Below, in pieces: positions 11,435 through 23,698 of a stretch of DNA of 64,000 bases; position 1 is the first letter of the stretch, and each line of letters opens with the position of its first letter. A program made the translations under genes and the position numbers. Below the pieces are notes generated by a model. It saw only the letters and a list, made by a program, of their open reading frames with translations. It did no database searches and was not told the origin of the DNA. The DNA is from Macrostomum lignano (taxonomy: Eukaryota), in assembly GCA_002269645.1 (NCBI GenBank), contig NIVC01004039.1:55803-119802 (forward strand), written 5' to 3'.

Positions 11435-13428
11435 CCTTGACATCTCAGTAATTCCCCTTGAGCCTTGACATCTCAGTAATTCCCCAGGAGCCTTGACATC
11501 TCAGTAATTCCCCATGAGCCTTGACATCTCAGTAATTCCCCTTGAGCCTTGACATCTCAGTAATTCCCCAGGAGCCTTGACATCTCAGTAATTCCCCTTG
11601 AGCCTTGACATCTCAGTAATTCCCCAGGAGCCTTGACATCTCAGTAATTCCCCATGAGCCTTGACATCTCAGTAATTCCCCTTGAGCCTTGACATCTCAG
11701 TAATTCCCCAGGAGCCTTGACATCTCAGTAATTCCCCCGTGAGCCTTGACATCTCAGTAATTCCCCTGTGAGCCTTGACATCTCAGTAATTCCCCATGAG
11801 CCTTGACATCTCACTGATCTCAGTAATTCCCCTGTGAGCCTTGACATCTCAGTAATTCACCCGTAAGCCTTGACATCTCAGTAATTCCCCCGTGAGCCTT
11901 GACATCTCAGTAATTCCCCATGAGCCTTGACATCTCAGTAATCCCCCATGAGCCTTGACATCTCAGTAATTCCCCTTGAGCCTTGACATCTCAGTAATTC
12001 CCCATGAGCCTTGACATCTCAGTAATTCCCCGTGAGCCTTGACATCTCAGTAATTCCACATGAGCCTTGACATCTCAGTAATTCCCCTTGAGCCTTGACA
12101 TCTCAGTAATTCCCCCGTGAGCCTTGACATCTCAGTAATTCCCCATGAGCCTTGACATCTCACTGATCTCAGTACTTCCCCCGTGAGCCTTGACATCTCA
12201 GTAATTCACCCGTGAGCCTTGACATCTCAGTAAGTCCTCCGTGAGCCTTGACATCTCAGTAATTCCCCATGAGCCTTGACATCTCAGTAATTCACCCGTA
12301 AGCCTTGACATCTCAGTAATTCCTCCGTGAGCCTTGACATCTCAGTAATTCCCCATGAGCCTTGACATCTCAGTAATTCCCCCGTGAGCCTTCACATCTC
12401 AGTAATTCCCCAGGAGCCTTCACATCTCAGTAATTCCCCCGTGAGCCTTCACATCTCAGTAATTCCCCCGTAGGCCTTCACATCTCAGTAATTCCCCCGT
12501 GAGCCTTCACATCTCAGTAATTCCCCAGGAGCCTTCACATCTCAGTAATTCCCCCGTGAGCCTTCACATCTCAGTAATTCCCCCGTGAGCCTTCACATCT
12601 CAGTAATTCCCCAGGAGCCTTCACATCTCAGTAATTCCCCCGTGAGCCTTCACATCTCAGTAATTCCCCAGGAGCCTTCACATCTCAGTAATTCCCCCGT
12701 GAGCCTTCACATCTCAGTAATTCCCCAGGAGCCTTGACATCTCAGTAATTCCCCAGGAGCCTTGACATCTCCGTAATTCCCCCGTGAGCCTTGACATCTC
12801 AGTAATTCCCCATGAGCCTTGACATCTCACTGATCTCAGTACTTCCCCCGTGAGCCTTGACATCTCAGTAATTCACCCGTGAGCCTTGACATCTCAGTAA
12901 GTCCTCCGTGAGCCTTGACATCTCAGTAATTCCCCATGAGCCTTGACATCTCAGTAATTCACCCGTAAGCCTTGACATCTCAGTAATTCCTCCGTGAGCC
13001 TTGACATCTCAGTAATTCCCCATGAGCCTTGACATCTCAGTAATTCCCCCGTGAGCCTTCACATCTCAGTAATTCCCCAGGAGCCTTCACATCTCAGTAA
13101 TTCCCCCGTGAGCCTTCACATCTCAGTAATTCCCCCGTGAGCCTTCACATCTCAGTAATTCCCCAGGAGCCTTCACATCTCAGTAATTCCCCAGGAGCCT
13201 TCACATCTCAGTAATTCCCCGTGAGCCTTCACATCTCAGTAATTCCCCCGTGAGCCTTCACATCTCAGTAATTCCCCCGTAAGTCTTCACATCTCAGTAA
13301 TTCCCCAGGAGCCTTCACATCTCAGTAATTCCCCAGGAGCCTTCACATCTCAGTAATTCCCCAGGAGCCTTGACATCTCAGTAATTCCCCAGGAGCCTTG
13401 ACATCTCAGTAATTCCCCAGGAGCCTTG
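11435..13428. repeat. About 2-kb, 27-28-bp satellite (GAGCCTTGACATCTCAGTAATTCCCCNN)n with higher-order blocks
   Basis: About 70 units. TTGACA and TTCACA variants occur in blocks; a rare variant cassette recurs at about 12160 and 12828. Confidence 0.97.
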
Positions 13429-14111
13429 AACTGACAGTACATGTATATTTTTCAAGAGCTTGCATAATATTTATTCATTGGGAAAAAACTATATAAGTGT
13501 AGTGCAGCGCATTACGCGACCCTAGCCCAGCTGTCAAACATTATTAGGATTTATTTTCAAAGCAATTTCTCTGGCCAGAATAATGATTAGCATCGAATTG
13601 TAACAGAATATTTGCGTGTCCCTGTGCGTCCCGAAAGTGCACCGAGTACTAAACACTTGATCCCTTGGATTTCGGGGAGTTTAGTGATCTTTGCGTGGGA
13701 GAAAGTGAACCGCATTGAACAGCTCGTATTAAATTTCTAATCGATAGTTATGCGAGGTTTGCCTGCTAATTAGCCGCTGTTCTACCTGTAATTTTCACCA
13801 TCTAGAAAGAGCAGACAGTTCTCAAATATACAGTTACGGGAGCTTGAGTTCCATTGGCAATTAGTGGTTGTCGATGTGCCGAGAATATAAAGTACCAAAT
13901 TTCTAGCCCATTTTGACACCGCAAACCCAGCGAATCCCGGATGGAACTGGATTTGATATTTGTCTCGCTTATAGATAGAATCAATTTTCTCTTATCGGAT
14001 ATTTATCCTGTCGTGAGGGTATATATAGGCATTAAAACACGCTGGCAACCACTAGCAAGGAGTGCAGTACTTTGCCTTGTTGCCACAAATTAGTCATTCT
14101 ATACCATCCCA

Positions 14112-17100
14112 ATGAGATCGCCTTTGCTGCTGGTAATTGTATCGCTTCTTCTACTAGGAGAAGCCGCAGAAATTGCCCGGGCTCTGCGCCTCGCCGTGCT
14201 GGCTGAGCCGGGGCTGCTGCAGCCGGGTCTGGTGCAGCGAGTCGTCGACAGGCGGGTCAACCAGAACCCGCTGCTGTTCCCCGGCCTCGGCGAGTCCAAC
14301 CCGCTCACCTGCCAGCTCGTGTCCGCTGACGACTCCGTCTTGGCTGTGCAACAGAGTGAGACATCTATGCTGTTGTTTATCTATGGCCAGTGCATCAATG
14401 CACTCTGTTTATCAATGGCCAGTGCATTGGTGCACTCTGTTTATCTATGGCCAGTGCATCAATGCACTCTGTTTATCTATGGCCAGTGCATTAGTGCACT
14501 CTGTTTATCTATGGCCAGTGCATCAATGCACTCTGTTTATCTATGGCCAGTGCATCAATGCACTCTGTTTATCTATGGCCAGTGCATCAGTGCACTCTGT
14601 TTATCTATGGCCAGTGAATTAGTGCATTCTGATTATCTGTGGCCAGTGCATCAGTGCATTCTGTTTATCTATGGCCAGTGCATCAGTGCACTCTATCTAT
14701 CTATGGCCAGTGCATCAGTGCACTCTGTTTATCTATGGCCAGTGCATCAATGCACTCTGTTTATCTATGGCCAGTGCATTGGTGCACTCTGTTTATCTAT
14801 GGCCAGTGCATCAGTGCATTCTGTTTATCTATGGCCAGTGCATCAGTGCACTCTGTTTATCTATGGCCAGTGTATCAGTGCACTCTGTTTATCTATGGCC
14901 AGTGCATCAGTGCACTCTGTTTATCTATGGCCAGTGCATCAGTGCACTCTGTTTATCTATGGCCAGTGCATCAGTGCATTCTGTTTATCTATGGCCAGTG
15001 CATCAGTGCACTCTGTTTATCTATGGCCAGTGCATCAGTGCACTCTGTTTATCTATGGCCAGTGCATCAGTGCACTCTGTTTATCTATGGCCAGTGCATC
15101 AGTGCACTCTATTTATCTATGGCCAGTGCATCAGTGCACTCTAATACACTAGCTGTAAAACAATAACATTAAAATCCTATACTTAAATAATTACCTTGCA
15201 GTCTGTCGGTCCAGCGGATTCCACGGCCTCGTGGCAGTCGGCAGCTGCTCTCTGGGCAGCTCGGTGCACCGGCTGGCCAAGTCCTTGCGAGTGCCCGCCA
15301 TTTTTGTGCCAGCGGGGGAGCTGTGCCTACTGGACACTGCTGAGTCTGGTATGTGAGCTGTGCCTGCTGCATGGACACTGCTGAGTCTGGTATGTGAGCT
15401 GTGCCAGCTGGACACTGCAGAGTCTGGTATGTGAGCTGTGCCAGCTGGACACTGCTGAGTCTGGTATGTGAGCTGTGCCTGCTGCATGGACACTGCAGAG
15501 TCTGGTATGTGAGCTGTGCCTGCTGGACACTGCAGAGTCTGGTATGTGAGCTGTGCCAGCTGGACACTGCAGAGTCTGGTATGTGAGCTGTGCCAGCTGG
15601 ACACTGCAGAGTCTGGTATGTGAGCTGTGCCTGCTGCATGGACACTGCAGAGTCTGGTATGTGAGCTGTGCCTGCTGCATGGACACTGCAGAGTCTGGTA
15701 TGTGAGCTGTGCGTGAGCTGTGCGTGAGCTGTGCGTGAGCTGTGCGTGAGCTGTGCGTGAGCTGTGCGTGAGCTGTGCGTGAGCTGTGCGTGAGCTGTGC
15801 GTGAGCTGTGCGTGAGCTGTGCGTGAGCTGTGCGTGAGCTGTGCGTGAGCTGTGCGTGAGCTGTGCGTGAGCTGTGCGTGAGCTGTGCGTGAGCTGTGCG
15901 TGAGCTGTTGTCCAACTCATTCATCCTGCAGAGTTTGCTTTTGTTGGCGATGATCACCCTAGCAGACTTTTGTCTGCAGTCGTCGCCCTGCTGAAGTCGC
16001 ACTCAGCCAGCCTCGTGTCCGTGTTCTATGACAGTCACCAGGGTATGCGGCTGCTCTAAAATTGCTTTTTTGTTATAATAGACTTAAACCATTGCTAATT
16101 GATACGTCGTAAACGACAAACTTCAGATGAGAGCCAGATGCAGTCGCTCCAGTCGCAGCTGTCAGCCTCAGGCATTGCGGCTGTCAGCTTTCAAACTGAT
16201 GCTCCAACGTCAAACATATCGAGAATTCTGGCTGACTCCATTAAAAAGAAAATCCGATTCAATCTGATCTTTGCCAGGCCCGATGCTGTCTACAGTCTGA
16301 TAAGACAGGTGCTGTTTCACACTAGCTTTCAATTTCCAAATTTTTGGCCTTTATATTTTGCTTGCGAAGCAAATTTTGCAGGCGGTTCAAGCGGAGGCAG
16401 TGCAGGCCCACTACTACTGGCTGGCTCTGGACGAGGGGCTGCGGCCGAACCAGCTGCTGCGGCTGCTGCCACCCAACGTGTCGGCCAACGTCATGCTGGT
16501 CCGCGGCTCGAGTCACGGCCTGCTGGATCCGCAGCGGCTGCGGCTGAGCGGCGGCTGTCCCGACGCTCTGCGAGCCGTCATGGGCGACTCGTGCGACCCA
16601 GGAGCTGTCAGCGTGAGCATCTGAGCATTCTCATTGAGCCTTGGCATCTGAGCATTCTCATTGAGTCTTGGCATCTGAGCATTCTCATTGAGCCTTGGCA
16701 TCTGAGCATTCTCATTGAGTCTTGGCATCTGAGCATTCTCATTGAGCCTTGGCATCTGAGCATTCTCATTGAGTCTTGGCATCTGAGCATTCTCATTGAG
16801 CCTTGGCATTCCGGCCATTGTGACCCGTGGTGGGCAAGCCATTGTGACCCGTGGTGGGCAAGCCATTGTGACCCGTGGTGGGCAAGCCATTGTGACCCGT
16901 GGTGGGCAAGCCATTGTGACCCGTGGTGGGCAAGCCATTGTGACCCGTGGTGGGCAAGCCATTGTGACCGTGGTGGGCAAGCCATTGTGACCCGTGGTGG
17001 GCAAGCCATTGGGACCCGTGGTGGGCAAGCCATTGTGACCCACGTGGGCAAGCCATTGTGACCCGTGGTGGGCAAGCCATTGGGACCCGTGGTGGGCAAG

Positions 17101-20100
17101 CCATTGGGACCCGTGGTGGGCAAGCCATTGTGACCCGTGGTGGGCAAGCCATTGTGACCCGTGGTGGGCAAGCCATTGTGACCCGTGGTGGGCAAGCCAT
17201 TGTGACCCGTGGTGGGCAAGCCATTGTGACCCGTGGTGGGCAAGCCATTGGGACCCGTGGTGGGCAAGCCATTGGGACCCGTGGTGGGCAAGCCATTGGG
17301 ACCCGTGGTGGGCAAGCCATTGTGACCCGTGGTGGGCAAGCCATTGTGACCCGTGGTGGGCAAGTCATTGTGACCCCTCAGCCTCCGTAGCTGCAGATGC
17401 GCTCCCAATCGCACTCAGTGAACTCATTTTCTCATCGAACATTCCAGTCTGTTGAGCTGCGCACCATTGACGCAGTTCTGGCCATGACGAGGGCTGTCCA
17501 CAGCGTCACAGGCGGCTACACCAGCTCGAGCTCCACCAACGCCAGCTGCAACGGCGCCACTCGAGCATGGCCTGATGGAGCACTGGCAGCTCGCGCTCTC
17601 GCTAAGGTTGTGAGCGACTTGTCTGCATTCCAACACATTCACATCCGGCATCACTGCTGGGAAACTTTTCATTGGAATTCCAGACCACGGACTTCAACAC
17701 ACTCGGCTCTCTGATTTCCTACAATGGCACCACGAGGCACTTCACCAGCTACATCGAGGCGGTGTCCACCTTCCACGCCTTCTACACGAGTCCGCTGAGG
17801 TACATCGAGAGCGCCAGGTACCACCCCGACAACGCCTCGCTCAGCGTCTCGTTCGTCTACAAAGACAGGCGACTGGCTTTCCCGAACACCTTCGTGGACT
17901 TCAAGAACCGAACTCTGCGAGTCTGCGCTCCGGATGTAGGAGCTAAATTTCAACTGTCACACTGAAGTATTTGGATTTCATACTTGAAAACTATACCTAT
18001 TATTGTCTTGAATTTCAGGTTCGTCCCTACGTAATCTACGACGAGAACACTTACGGAAAGGTCACCGGCCACGCTGAGGATGTGCTCAATATTGTGCGAG
18101 AAAATCTGAACTTCTCGTTAGTGACTCGAAAGCGTGAAAATTCTTAGTCAATGCCACCAGTTTTAATGCAACTAACATATTGCACCGAGGGGGGGGGGCG
18201 TAGCCCAGCGGTAGCGCAGATGCTCTGGTGTCCAGCGACCCAGGCTCGATTCCAAGTGCAGTCGCATTAATTTGGGGCTGAATTGGAATTTCGGCTTGGC
18301 TCTGCTCGTGCAATTAACGGCTTTGAGAGCCAACCCCCCAAGGCGCAGTGAAGTGTACATGCCTAACGATAAATAAAGTTAGGGCCGCTGTACACTCCTG
18401 TGTGAGTGTGTGCCTGCGTACGTATCCGCGCGCTTGTGTGCCTGCTCAGGGGAGTCGGCGGAATGGGCAGTAATGCCTCTCGCCGGTTGTGTGCCTATGT
18501 CGCTTAAAAAACATATTGCACCAATATTGCAGAACCATCGTTCTGAAGCCGCCAGACGGGCAGTTCGGGGCGCCAATCAATGGCACGCAGCGCTTCTCCG
18601 GCTGCATTGGAGAGCTGCAGAATGGCGTGAGTTGCTTCTTGAAGATGGCTTAAGAGTCGCGACGGCTTCAAGTTGTTTGATAAATCTAGCTGTGAGTTTC
18701 AGTTTGTTCATCCGATTTCTCTTCCAGAAAGCAGACTTGGCAGTCGTTTTCGCTGTCACCAATCTGCGCTATGCCGTCGTGGACTACTTGGACGACTACC
18801 TGTACTCATCCAACAACATCCTAGTCCGCATACCACCCCCTGCCAGCAAAATCTGGAACGTGTTCACGCCGATGACGCTGCAAGTTTGGCTGCTGCTGGC
18901 TGCCTCCATCTTCATCGTGCCCTTCATCATCTACCTGCTGGCCTTGTTCAGCCCCTTCTCCGCTTGGAACCTGAAACTGAGCTTCGCTTTCGCCGACGAG
19001 GTCTGGTACAAGGAATACCTGTGGTCCACCATCGGCAGTTTCTTGCAACAGGGTCAGGACTTTTATCCATTCGCAATGTCGCCCAGAACCGTGATGGTGT
19101 TCTGGTGGCTGCTCACCGTTATTATATTTGGTGCATACACTGGAGACCTGACTGCTCACCTGGCTACATCAGTCAGCAGTTTGACTATTAGGACTCTGGA
19201 AGACCTGGTGTCCATGCCTTACTACACTGCTTTAGTACCAAGGGGAACCAACATTCACACGGCGATCGACATGGCTACGTCGGGACCGATGTTCCAGCTG
19301 AAGTCCATGACTGTGCTGGTGCAATCGCACGAGGACTGCGCTAGGAAGGTGAGGACTGTGCGCCCCGAATTTGGAATTCTTAGAACAGAAAGGTGCAACG
19401 AATCGGTGAAATTATGCGCCTTCAATTTTCAACTTTCAGCTGCTGGCCTCAACCAATCCGTACACTGTGTGCATCGCGGATCAGAAGTCCAATCTGTACT
19501 TTGCTAATCAATTCTGCGAAAAAATGTACGTGGCTGACGAGTATTTTAACTTCTACTATCTGGCGTGGCCTGTGCCCAAGGATGCGTTCTATGCTGACGC
19601 CATGAACTTAATGTAAGCCGCTAATCCTGACAGTCATGCTCACAGTGCTCTGATGTATTAGCTTTGGAATGGGCGTGTAACCTCGCGGCTAAGCTGCTGG
19701 TTTTGCTAAGGATTACGAGTGGACTATTATCTGCTGTACTGATTTGAGATTTGGTAGAATCGCTGCCACCAGGCTTCCTGCTTCCCTAATCCTATTATTT
19801 TGAGACAAAGGAAGAACTCAGGAAATCCAAATTATTTGACAAAAGTTTATACTTCAAAAAAATAGAACAGCATGCAATGGTTATTGTGCGAGAGTTTTAG
19901 GCATTGACTACCTGGTAGTGTACTGTTTTAGGCATCGACTACCACCAACAGTTTTACGTATCTCCCAATATTTCCCCGCCTCTTACCTATTCCTACTTGA
20001 GACTACGCAAGTCCGCGAGCGAACGAAAGATCTGCTTACCCAAGCCCCAAACTGCTCTATTCTTCTAAGGAATCCCGGAAACCTGCGATTTTCCCCGGCT

Positions 20101-20474
20101 CTAATTACTTTCCCAAACCTAAACTACTGACAGTAGGCAAAAAGCATATCTGCTTCGCTACTAATTCCCATTCCTAAAATACTGCCCTACTACAGCTTTA
20201 TTAATTGACGCGAAATTTACCTTCTAGAATTCGTCGGGCTAAAGAGAACGGCCTCGTTGACATGCTCCGGTTGAAGTACTTCCCAACTAGCAGCTCAGAG
20301 TGCTCAAGTGCACAGGGAGGGATATCGGATGCTGAGCCAATTAACCTGGAGGGCATCGGCGGATCCTGCTTGGTGCCAGGAGTCCTGTACTTAATTGGAC
20401 TGCTCATCCTGCTGCTTGAGCTCTTCTGGACCGCCTGTCTGAACAAGGACCCGCTGCAGTGCGTCTTGTTCTGA
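14112..20474 (+). CDS. Ionotropic glutamate receptor family subunit, paralog A; 12 exons (14112-14355, 15202-15348, 15932-16042, 16127-16308, 16382-16612, 17391-17606, 17684-17935, 18019-18116, 18533-18626, 18728-19348, 19440-19612, 20228-20474), about 871 aa
   Basis: Signal peptide, amino-terminal domain (DAVLAMTRAV..SC...AWPDG), S1 (PY..G..ED.L...LNFS, PPDGQFG..GCIGEL, ADLAV..TNLRYAVVDY), M1, pore FLQQG, M3 AYTGDLTAHL, S2, M4. All junctions are GT-AG and phase-consistent; exon lengths sum to 2616 nt with no internal stop seen. Confidence 0.93.
14375..15140. repeat. 32-bp minisatellite in iGluR-A intron 1 (TGCACTCTGTTTATCTATGGCCAGTGCATCAG)n
   Basis: About 24 units; the same array is in paralog B intron 1. 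Confidence 0.97.
15318..15910. repeat. 37/41-bp array duplicating the exon 2 end and donor (10 copies), then (GTGAGCTGTGC)n, about 18-19 copies
   Basis: Unit GAGCTGTGCC..GGACACTGCAGAGTCTG|GTATGT; the first unit is the real end of exon 2. Confidence 0.95.
16620..17375. repeat. Compound array in iGluR-A intron 5: 27-bp (CATCTGAGCATTCTCATTGAGCCTTGG) then 24-bp (GGGCAAGCCATTGTGACCCGTGGT)
   Basis: Direct periodicity; a shorter copy is in paralog B at 31345-31685. Confidence 0.96.
18187..18509 (+). mobile_element. tRNA-derived SINE, copy 1, with 13-bp TSD
   Basis: A box GTAGCCCAGCGG, B box GGCTCGATTCC, short A tail, TSD AACATATTGCACC at 18174-18186 and 18510-18522. A homologous copy lies on the minus strand at about 38845-39153. 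Confidence 0.9.
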
Positions 20475-21012
20475 TGGTTGTTTTGAGCGTTTGAAAATTT
20501 GTTAACTTGCGGTTTTAATCGCAACTTTAAGATGCTTAAGTTTTTTCTTGATTTAATTGTGAAGCACTAATTAGGCATAAAGTTAAGACATTGGAACTTT
20601 TGTGTCACCAGAGATCATGTAACTTGTTATACTGAAGTGATCAGCTGACAATTTACCATTAACTGATTTCTCACAGTATTGCACTGGCACCTATTCAACT
20701 TACTTCGTAGGGTCCCGATATTATCACGTACGCTCGTACACAAATAAAAACCAGTTGCAAGAAAAAATGCACAAACTGTAAGTCCTTATATTAAAATATT
20801 ATACCCAATTCACATTGGCGTACTAATCATGAAGTAAGGAATTATGTAAATTACTGTATATAGGGTTTGAAAGCCTACCAAAGTATAATATATTCATATA
20901 AAAAATAATTTCTTTATTTCCAGTCAAACCTAATCTGGATTTGCAAGTTAATCTATTTAGGTTTCAGGCTAAATTCATTTGGGCTCAGGTGGCAACATTT
21001 TTTTTCTAGGGC

Positions 21013-23080
<2,068 letters not shown>

Positions 23081-23290
23081 TGTTGTAGAAATTGAACAAG
23101 TCTGAGGGCCGTCAATTTAGCCAACAAGAAAAAATCAACAATTAAGCGCTCACTGAGAGGCCTGCGAATATATTATATATTTAGCTCCGTCTCTCGCAAC
23201 AACCACCCCACCATGCGCACAGAGGAGGGGGGACGCCAAGCGTACATACAAACCAGAGTATGCTAGGCAGGCACACAACTAACCCTAACA
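23081..23290 (-). repeat. 3' LTR of the BEL/Pao element (210 bp)
   Basis: TGTTAGGG...CTACAACA on the minus strand, preceded by the PPT; its first about 157 bp match 27735-27891. Confidence 0.88.
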
Positions 23291-23698
23291 CTCCCCCTAA
23301 TGATGCTTCAACATTACAGTACTTAACACTGATATTCGAAAAAGGAAACTCACTATGAACTTAAAAGAAATTAAACGAAACGAATAGCAAAAAAACAAAC
23401 GAACAACAAAAAACGCTCTAACATTACAACAGACTTGATAAATAAAAATGTGACGCACCATCACTACAGTTTTAAGTTAACGAAAAAGCAGAAACACAAA
23501 AGGCGCCAAGGAGCAAAAATGTAAGCACCGTCACCAGCGTACTGTAAATTAGAGAAACCCAAATGTCGCGTTGAAAAGTTTACTCAAAGCACGAGCACGA
23601 TGCTGGGATAAGAACTGGAGATTGAAACTAAGGAGAGCTAAAGACTGAGATGTCAGATGTCAATAGTCACTGTCAGCTTAAGAAAAGTCAATAGCAGT

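Noticed and set aside
14356-15166. Cys-rich continuation of ORFs 14112..15152 and 29087..29869
   Set aside because: Read-through past the exon 1 donor into a 32-bp intronic repeat.
18187-18270. Functional tRNA gene (also 39080-39153 and 59380-59448)
   Set aside because: A and B boxes are present but there is no complete cloverleaf, and each head continues into a SINE body.
19100-19180. Lurcher-type substitution in the paralog A gate
   Set aside because: The Thr is at motif position 7; the lurcher site is position 8, which remains Ala.
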